NCBI GenBank assembly: GCA_010093605.1
Contig: MU004196.1
Location: 1,324,606 to 1,388,605 of the forward strand
DNA length: 64,000 bases
Direction of reading: 5' to 3'
DNA from: Lophium mytilinum
Lineage: Eukaryota
Made by a program: the position numbers and the translations under genes. Shown here in pieces: positions 56,101 to 64,000 of this stretch; the first letter of the stretch is position 1, and each line of letters opens with the position of its first letter. The notes beneath the pieces were generated by a model. That model made no database searches. It was not told the DNA's origin and saw nothing but the letters and a program-made list of their open reading frames with translations.

Positions 56101-56399
56101 TGATGCGCTGCCGTTAAGAGCCTTTCACGGCTCGAGCTCGATGAAAAACGCGATGTAAAGGGTTTGGCATCTTAGATTGCGCTTCAGCGGAGACAACTTT
56201 GTATGATGGTGCAAATACCCCGAGGAGCGCGGACGCGTGCAGCGAGTGTGCATGTTGATGCGCCTGGCTGCGCGATGTAGGAAATGGCCGCGCGGGTTTT
56301 GTTTCCGGCCCAGTTCTCTGCTTCATCTTACCCAGCCTCAAGCTGTAATTTTCAGATTAAGGCTGATCTTCCATTGCCTCCGTCCCCAGTCACCGCCCC

Positions 56400-56715
56400 C
56401 TGGTCGAGTTGGTTATGCGTCCTGCTCTTTCCTTAAGCATTGAACCGCCGCTGAGATTGATTACCCATGATACCCGACCCCAGTCATCGGCCCCGGCCCG
56501 AGCTGACTGTGCTTTCCTCCTCAATCCCAATCCCCAAGACTTATCCAACAAGGGAGCTTGATTGTATGATATATCCAGCCCCAGTCATCGCCCCGTGGGC
56601 GAAGCCGATTATGCTTCCTTCGGTATCCCAAGACTCTATCTTCAGACAGAGCTTGATTGTGCGTCCTACCCATTCCCCAAGCTGCAACCCGCCGCTGAGC
56701 TTGATTATGTCTCCT
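56400..56715. repeat. Degenerate ~48-bp minisatellite (about 7 units)
   Basis: GAGCTTGATT(A/G)TG-like core at ~56406, 56453, 56500, 56554, 56601, 56649, 56697 with intervening CCCCA(A)G. Confidence 0.7.
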
Positions 56716-58394
56716 TCAAGTGATACTTCGGTTGGGACCGCTCGAGCGCCTTGCGCTGGGGAAGGAAAGGGGGGTTGGCGGAAAAGTGGACGGGGAGGAG
56801 GAAAGGGAGGCGGGGGAGGAAAGGAGGATACGTAGGGCGTCGAGGATTTGGTATAGGATCGGAGGGCAGGGGGACGGGAGAAGGATGAGGTCGTAGGGAG
56901 GAGGAGGAGGCGGTGGTAAAGATAGAAGGCAGGAGGAGGAGGAGGAGGAGGAGAAAGTGGAGGAAGGGGCCGCAGGGGGGGAGGTCTAAATGCTAGACAC
57001 TTAGAAGTAATTAGTGGTTTCGTTGACTTAAGGTTGCTGCGCGACCAAGAGGCAGGTTGGATGATTAGAATAACAAAAGGCTTGCGCAGGGTCTGTGTAG
57101 ACCCTGCTAGTGTTCTAGCTGTGTAGGGGAGTAGACGCGGGACGATCGGTTTTGGAGGCGGAGTTTGCTATATTCCAATTTTTGCCCTGGTGATGAGTTT
57201 GGCGTTGGATATCGCGGTCGAGCAAGAAAATTCGGTGGGCTTTGCTGTTCTTGGCAGCTCTCCTAGGCTCAAGGAAGGTATCGTCTTCGCCGAGAGCGTT
57301 GCGTTGCGTGACGACAGTGAAGGATGTCTGGATGTAGTGGGGAGCAGATGGGACCACAACTTGCGAGCGCCATACCTATGCGCTCTCCATGGTATCAACA
57401 CCAAGAACAGACCTGGAAGAAACGAGCACACAGAGGGCGAACCTACGGCGGACGAGTCGCGCAGCTCCAAGAGAATTCCTCTGTTGGGATTGAACACGGT
57501 TTGCCTTGCGACCCGGTGGTCAGGTTGAATCAAGCGGGGCCCCGAAGTGGCCGCAAAGGTGTAGGAGCTTTTGGGAAGTTCAGAGTCGAAACTACAAGAG
57601 ACTTTGCTATAGGTTGGAACATGTGGACACCTAGTTGATGGTCATACCTAGCGGGTTTGCGCGATTTGGACGCCGTGGTGATAGGCCGCTGAGGCGCTAG
57701 GAGCGCGTCGAGGCTCGGCGAGGAAAGGACGGCAATTGAGTGGAGTATCTGCAGTACTCGCAAGGTGATGTGGGGCGAATCCTGAGATAATGAGGATGGG
57801 TGATGGTTGGTGTTGAGGTTGGTGTTGCGTTTAGAGAATGGCCGTGTTGTGGGAGGCCGTTTGCCCGCGCATCGCCATCGACGGACTGGGGAAAAGCGCA
57901 GAGCACGACAATAAGACCACAAGAAAGTAGACGGCCTTCAATTGGATTAAAGTTATCATTGGGTAACAATTTTGGGGGTTTTGTCTATCGCAGGTGAGTT
58001 AGTCAGGGGGGAGCTTCTCGGAGGCATTCAGTGCAGCACGACTGACACGCGTTTTTGAGTATGGCGAGGGACGGCGACACAGCGCATCGGCTCATCACTG
58101 CAGAGAGACATCCGATAGTATAGGCATAAGATGCAAAAGAGTTGAGCTGCCTACGACACGTCCCTAAGACCTTTTCAGCCTTTCCCATAGGCTCGACAGA
58201 GAGGGTCCAACCAGCCCCACAATTCGGCAAGCCTTGCCGTGGACCGGGCCGTACACTCGAGTTTTGATGTTCTTCACTTGTCCGTCTTTCCCCTTCCACC
58301 GTCCTTCCTCCACCGTTCTTCCTCCACTCAATACATCTTCCAGCCACGGATCTCCACCGCCTGAGCCAGCTCGATGTCCCCTCCATGGGCTCAG

Positions 58395-59139
58395 ATGCTA
58401 GAAACATTCGCGACATTCAACAAGAAGAGCAAGCACATCCTGTTAGACAAGCACCTCGTTGATTTCGCCAATACCACCATCAACCGACCAGACATGAAGG
58501 GTGAGCTTGACGTTTTCAACCGGGTAATGCCTCGAGATGATATCGCCGTTAAAATATTCTTGGAAAGCTGCGCGACTGGAGCACGCCTGATCGTCAGCAA
58601 GGCACACATTTTCTGGAACGAAAATTTCGTAGACGTCAAACTGGTACGGGTGGCCATTCTCATGGAGCAAATCACGAAGGACACAATTGAACAGCTACGT
58701 TCGAACGGCTTTCTAACGGCCTTTGACGAGAACCTGATATTTGGACGTACAGTTCTTCACGGGACTCTTGATTACTGCTTACGGCACTTCCGATTGGTGT
58801 TTCACAACAGCACCTTCGAAACCTTTTCACGGCGACACTGATCACCTTTTGCGGCCAATTCGATCGCCTTGTTACGCAGCTACTCCTCGTGTCGTCTCAT
58901 CGGCTATGATGGGTACCGCGTACTCGCGAGAGTTCCATGGCGAAGATTGCTTGCGCAAGCGGTTCGAACTGATTGGCAAGAAGCTAAAGGGAGTGCCGAT
59001 CATTGCCCAGCAGACCGGAGCGGAAAGAATGTCGAATCGCGCCGGTACTCGCGTGAGTTCCATGGAGCCTGCAGCCCCTGGATCCAGTTCAAAAGCTTCT
59101 GTGGATCAACCAGCAGACGCGGAAAGAGGTGTCCAATGA
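58395..59139 (+). pseudogene. Frameshifted gene remnant ending in a highly diverged RBM39-type RRM1
   Basis: [39 protein letters not shown] aligns with [37 protein letters not shown] at 25921-26030; upstream frame has GRTVLHGTL..L.H resembling [11 protein letters not shown]. Confidence 0.6.
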
Positions 59140-61949
59140 GGTCTTCAAACACGTCGAATGGATCTCCTTTTCTAATCATTGTTTCTGCGCCCGTTGCGCC
59201 GGTATTCGAGTGAGTTGCATGGGGGAAGCGCCTCTTGTGGTTTAGATCTCGTCTGTCTGCAGCTTGTAGGTACACCTTCACCTTCTCTTCTTGCTCCCAT
59301 CGCTAATATTGGCACGAACAGATGATGATTTGGGGAAAAACTTACGTCAACCAGCGCGAGCACTATTCTAAGTTCGAAAACCAAAAGCAAGGCAATGTGA
59401 GCTGATTCTACTACTGCTGGCACCCAGTGAGGGCCGGAGCTTCCGGAGTATTCCACGTCCGGCGCAAGAACCTGATGCGAACATCTGCTCCTTCCCGAGA
59501 AAGAGAGCACGCACGGGGTCGCCTCAACAGCAGTCTATGCCTCCCCCTACGCATGAAGACTACCCTCTAGCACCCGCAGGTCTGGTCCGCTCTGGTCATA
59601 AGGCATGGTAGAAGGCGACGGATGGCGGACCAGGTCAGGGAAGAAGTCAGTGACGGCTCGATTGTTGATTGGCAAGACGAGGGTATTCGGGTGTTTTTAG
59701 GTCAAGGGACCTGAAGAACGGACCAGAGCATGGAGAGTTCTGGTTCCGAGAGAGCCAAGAAGAGGCGTCCTACCCTTATAAAGACGATATCAGACGTCGC
59801 GAAATCAATTCGCTCACACAGGAACAGATCCTCAGACGACGACCCATTACCCTACGATCACTCACCGACATGTGTTTTGCTGGCTGGGTCTTCTCGGGAT
59901 TTGTTTTAAGTAGGAGGTTGGAGAAGCGGAGGAGGAATCTTCGGCATGAGATCATGTTGCAAAAAGTTATACTCTCATTAATTCGAATACTTGGTTAGCT
60001 CTCGAGTTCACTTTCTATAATTGCAAGACGCTATAGCTAATGTCTGTCTCGATTGTGATATCTAAGACATACCTCTTTACCTTACCATCGTGTGGGCGAG
60101 TGAATGCAGAGAAAGCTACGTTTCGCAGTTTTAACCAAATTAACCCACTAATGCACCATATCCTACTCCAGAAGCTAAAGTCCCTCTTCCACAATTTTCG
60201 GTCATGGTTAGGGAGCCTAAAGGCCGCCCATTCACACCAGCGGTGACGGAATGCTCCCCCCAACGTCCGCACTACCTAAGAACGTCCCATGATGATGCCG
60301 CCCACCCCAGTTTTGGCTAAAACTCCTGTCGGAGAAGGCTGGTTTTTGGCTAGCCCATTCACCTCAATGGCCCCTCAACATGCCGACGTAGATACTGCAT
60401 GCCTGCGTATGACCCCCGAGCTGTGCGATATGCCATAGAAAATCCGCGCGCCCGATGGCTGCTCAGTGCGGCAAGGGCCAGGGGGCCAGGTGGGCAGCGA
60501 GGCCATTTTCGGCGCGATTGCTCGGCCTGGCGGCTTCGGAAGTGGATGCTGGAAGTTCGCAATGTGTCCTGATAGTATTGAGATAGCTTGGATGAGGTTG
60601 TGAATGCAGGAAGTGCGGCGGCGACTCAGTGAGGGATTCATCGTAGATGCTGGGCTGGCGACTGTCTAGGCCGCATTCACCCCACCACGGCCGCGCGAAG
60701 AGGCGCTGGAGGTTCCGCCAACTCAAAGAGTGTCGTTGGGCTCCTTAGTCTCTTTTGGGAATTCGGCGACGGCTGCGGCTGCTCACTGGGGGACGCCGTG
60801 GCCGTGGCGGAGGCGGCTATCACGGCCGTTTCATCGTGGTTTTCCAACATGACGGCCGCGTAAAGACGTGCTGGAGGTGCCAGACACCAGAGAAATGCCT
60901 CTGAGGTCATTAACATCCAATAGGAATTCACTCACGACGAGACCTGCTCACTGAGGAACGACCGCGGCTGAGGCCGACAGGTGGAGTCACAGCCATCTCA
61001 GCTCGATTTCGCTAACGCCCCGGCCCCTGAGTAGCACGCTGTCATTGCGCCTTGAGATTTAGGGGCTTCGAGCCTCCGGGTATCATTATGAAGGGGCACG
61101 AAGCGTCTTGCCTCCTTCGTGAGGGCCGGCGGCGGCACGGTGTGGGTTCGACAGCCGCTGGCAGGGGGAGAACTCAACGCCACGGCCCCCAAGAGAGTTG
61201 TTAGGAATGGGGGAGGTTCATAGGCTTCTTTTAGCTGCCCTGAGCTGCTATGCAGACGTAGGAAGAATTCAAGCTTCTCAGTGGCAAACGACGCTGCTCG
61301 TCGCTGACGCGACCGTCGCCGGCCCGGGGCGCGCCAGGGCTCCGCGCCACGGCCACGGAGGAAGATGCTGAGGGTGGCGGACGTATATAGATCTCTGTCA
61401 AGTGTCCTAAGCCGCTCTAACATTGCAGGATGGTTCCCGGGATCTCAGTGACGGACGTCGCTACTCGACGCGGGCGCCACGGTCGCTAGCTGAGGGCGTG
61501 AGAGCGCACATCGCCATGAGTTTGTGGAGGCAGGGCAAAACACGGCAATAAATGGGGAGTACCCTAGTGCATCTACGTAGCCTTTCTGTCTCATCAGGAA
61601 TCGGGAAAAGGCGTGGACATGATGCCGCTGAGGGCGGGCGAGGCAACGAAGGCGGCACCGTTCCATCACGGCGACCAGCGAGCGAGCTGCTGCCATTGTG
61701 AAGCTCGGCAGGGGGACAAACTAGACTGAACATTCTCTAGTGACATGCGGAAGAGGGTCAGGCTTCAGCATAACCCAGCGGCGTTGGGTGGCCGCTCAAC
61801 ACCAGGCCGTCAAGGCCAGAATTGTGGCGGCGCGGCCACGCAGCCTGGTGGAGAATTACGGGTCTCATCAACTCAGAGCTCTACAGGCAGCATGGAATGT
61901 ATCCTTGGAATAGGTTGACAACGTGCCGCAAGGCTGAGCGACGGCAGGC

Positions 61950-62041
61950 GGCCGGTCAACACCATCCGCGTCGGCCGGTCAACACCATCAGCGTCGGCCG
62001 GTCAACACCATCAGTGTCGGCCGCTCAACACCATCAGCGTC
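61950..62041. repeat. 23-bp tandem repeat x4
   Basis: ggccg(g/c)tcaacaccatc(a/c)g(c/t)gtc, contiguous; partial copy at ~61790. Confidence 0.92.
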
Positions 62042-62745
62042 GCGTCGCTACAGTATCGCGACATCAAGTCATGTCACAAGCAGCACAACACCCAAGGCGA
62101 GGACTGGTACAGACAGCAAGGCACGTCAATCACAGGCAAAGCACATCAACCGCAAGCAAGGCCTCAACCACAACCAAAAAAATCTGAAGCATTTCTTCTT
62201 CAAGCACCCGCACAAGGCGAGCCACTCAATGAAAAAAGTAAGTAGGGCTGTATCCGACCCGGCGGATTCAGCAGACCATCAAGAGGGTCTGCCACAACTC
62301 CTAACCGGGTACCATACACCACAGAGCTTGTTGAAAGCCCTGGGCGGTACCACCTACAACGTGTATTAGCGAGTCGAATTGCCAAAGAGGGAGGAGAAGG
62401 GACTTATCTTTTTTCATTAGTGTTCCACGCTTTGTCGTTGAGACCGGCAAGTCTCCCTAGAGGAGACGAGTAGTTAGCCATTCTGTTTCAAAGACGAGCA
62501 CGACCACGACTGACGATGCTGAAAAAAAGATTGTAGGTTCGAGGACTGGACCTGCTTATGTAGGAGAAATTCCGCCAAGACTTCTGGATGACTCATCAAC
62601 GCTACGTAGTTTAATCGGCTCCGTTCTGGACGTTTTAGATGAGGGGACAGGGTGCCAGGAACCAGTGAAGTTGGCGGGGTACCACTGGGTGGTAACCAGG
62701 TGCCTGTCACATGATCACTGAAGCTTCGGCCACCCAAGACGTGCA

Positions 62746-62857
62746 CAGCATTACCGAGAAATTAGAGACCTGTCCCATTAAGCCAGCCACCTCGCTTTCA
62801 GCATTACCAAGAAGATACAATCCTGTTCTCCCAAGCCAGTCATCTCGTCCTCAGCAT
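62746..62857. repeat. 53-bp diverged tandem duplication
   Basis: cagcattacc.agaa...cctgt....aagccag.ca.ctcg twice, third cagcat at 62852. Confidence 0.8.
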
Positions 62858-62865
62858 CCGGCACC

Positions 62866-63395
62866 ATGATCATCATCAAGTACGGCTACGACGAGCGCAG
62901 CCGGCGAAGAATTGGCCGTCGAATTGACGAGATCATGGCCACTGAGTCTGCCGAGCCGCGATTCCTGTACGTCTAGCTTCCTTTTCGTACCATACCAAGT
63001 GCAGTTTGCTAACAGAAACGAAGCAGAGAGGCGAGTTTGATGCGCAGCGAGCACACCAAAGAAGAAGTCGAGATCCGTCGCCAGTGGAGGGCGGCCAAGA
63101 CGTACGGTAGATCCTGCAAGCCATAGTCTTATCACTCAACTAACGCATTTCCAGTGCGGAGCAGTGCCAGAACCGACTAGACACCAACATCAAGGAAGAG
63201 GAGAGCGGCGAAGGCCTTGCTGCTGCCATTGCAATGAAAGATCTCGGCGAATGGATTACCCCGCCTCCTCCATCACCACCTGCACGCTCAGCCGCCGAGT
63301 TGCTTTTGGCTCCGAGAGATGAGAGGTACGGGGGCGGAGAATGGTGTGTCGACGAAGCGGTGGAAAATGAGAATCCCTGGGAGGTCGTAGAATAG
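62866..63395 (+). CDS. Small spliced hypothetical protein (~138 aa, 3 exons), absent from the ORF track
   Basis: Exons 62866-62966, 63027-63101, 63155-63395 (417 nt, open frame); introns GTACGT..CTAAC..CAG and GTACGG..CTAAC..CAG. Confidence 0.6.
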
Positions 63396-64000
63396 AGCGT
63401 AGCGTTCTAGTGACAAGGCGTCGTACCATTCTGTAAGCAAGGGAATAAGTGTAGAGAAAGTAGGCTGGCGGAGACGATAGTGTGATTTGAAGCTTGGAAC
63501 TGCCCGCGGCATCTGGAGCCTTTAGAATGTATGATTCTCGCAATCTTTTTGTGTGCCGCCCAAGCCTATTCTTTGACTACTCGCGGCTGCATTTTGGTGG
63601 GCGACGGAGACTCTGCAGGTGCTGAATTGTGATGCCTGAGATATCTATTGTGACTCTTTGACTGACGTTGAACCCCTCATTGTGGTCGAAGAAATTTCAA
63701 CCCCAAGGAAAATGAATCAGTCCATGTTTATTTGCGGTCATTAGGCCACTACAGACGGTTGCATCGTATTCACAGAGAGATGGTTCTATTCACAGGATCT
63801 GAAGTGTTGAGACGACTCGTATCTGGAAAAGAGTGGAATTGTGGTATCATTTTTCCAACGCCCGGACCCCATCTCAATTGAAGCAAAGTCTGAACCAATA
63901 GTGACGCCTTCCTATACTTTTCGACATGCCCCCCGATGGTATCACCCTTCTCCAAAGAGGTCTATCTGCTGGTCCAGAATGAAGATCTAGCGCTGAAGCG

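Noticed and set aside
61950..62041. 23-bp repeats (and the 48-bp units at 56.4 kb) as a CRISPR-like array
   Set aside because: The 23-bp units are contiguous with no spacers, the 48-bp units are too degenerate, the context is eukaryotic and no cas genes are present
1..64000. Starship element, tRNA or rRNA genes
   Set aside because: No DUF3435 tyrosine recombinase or typical accessory genes recognised, and no cloverleaf or rRNA-like sequence seen by eye; cannot exclude a boundary outside the window

Overview
Genomic DNA of a filamentous ascomycete (short GT-AG introns with CTRAC branch sites, RIP-type AT-rich transposon debris); species cannot be assigned from the sequence alone. 1-5.8 kb: RIP-mutated nested transposons (a Ty3/Gypsy chromovirus inserted into a second copy of itself, which in turn interrupts a hAT DNA transposon). 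6.2-34.9 kb: two paralogous HExxH metallopeptidase-like genes, a PHO84-type phosphate transporter with upstream CACGTG boxes, a compact three-gene secondary-metabolite locus (Baeyer-Villiger monooxygenase, Pth11-like membrane protein, A-T-TE NRPS-like synthetase), a BCS1-like AAA ATPase, a truncated single-RRM copy of the RBM39/Pad-1 splicing factor and a 2EXR/F-box-like gene. 35.1-44.3 kb: a head-to-tail array of 5-6 small orphan genes, two inactivated by nonsense codons. They share ACAAT-rich promoters and a conserved downstream palindrome, and a 507-bp hAT MITE with an 8-bp TSD sits within the array. 45.9-47 kb: membrane-anchored cupredoxin-like gene lacking most copper ligands. 47.5-64 kb: GC-balanced region without long ORFs, containing decayed gene fragments, local duplications, minisatellites and one small spliced gene. 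All family calls come from motif recognition by eye; no database search was run.
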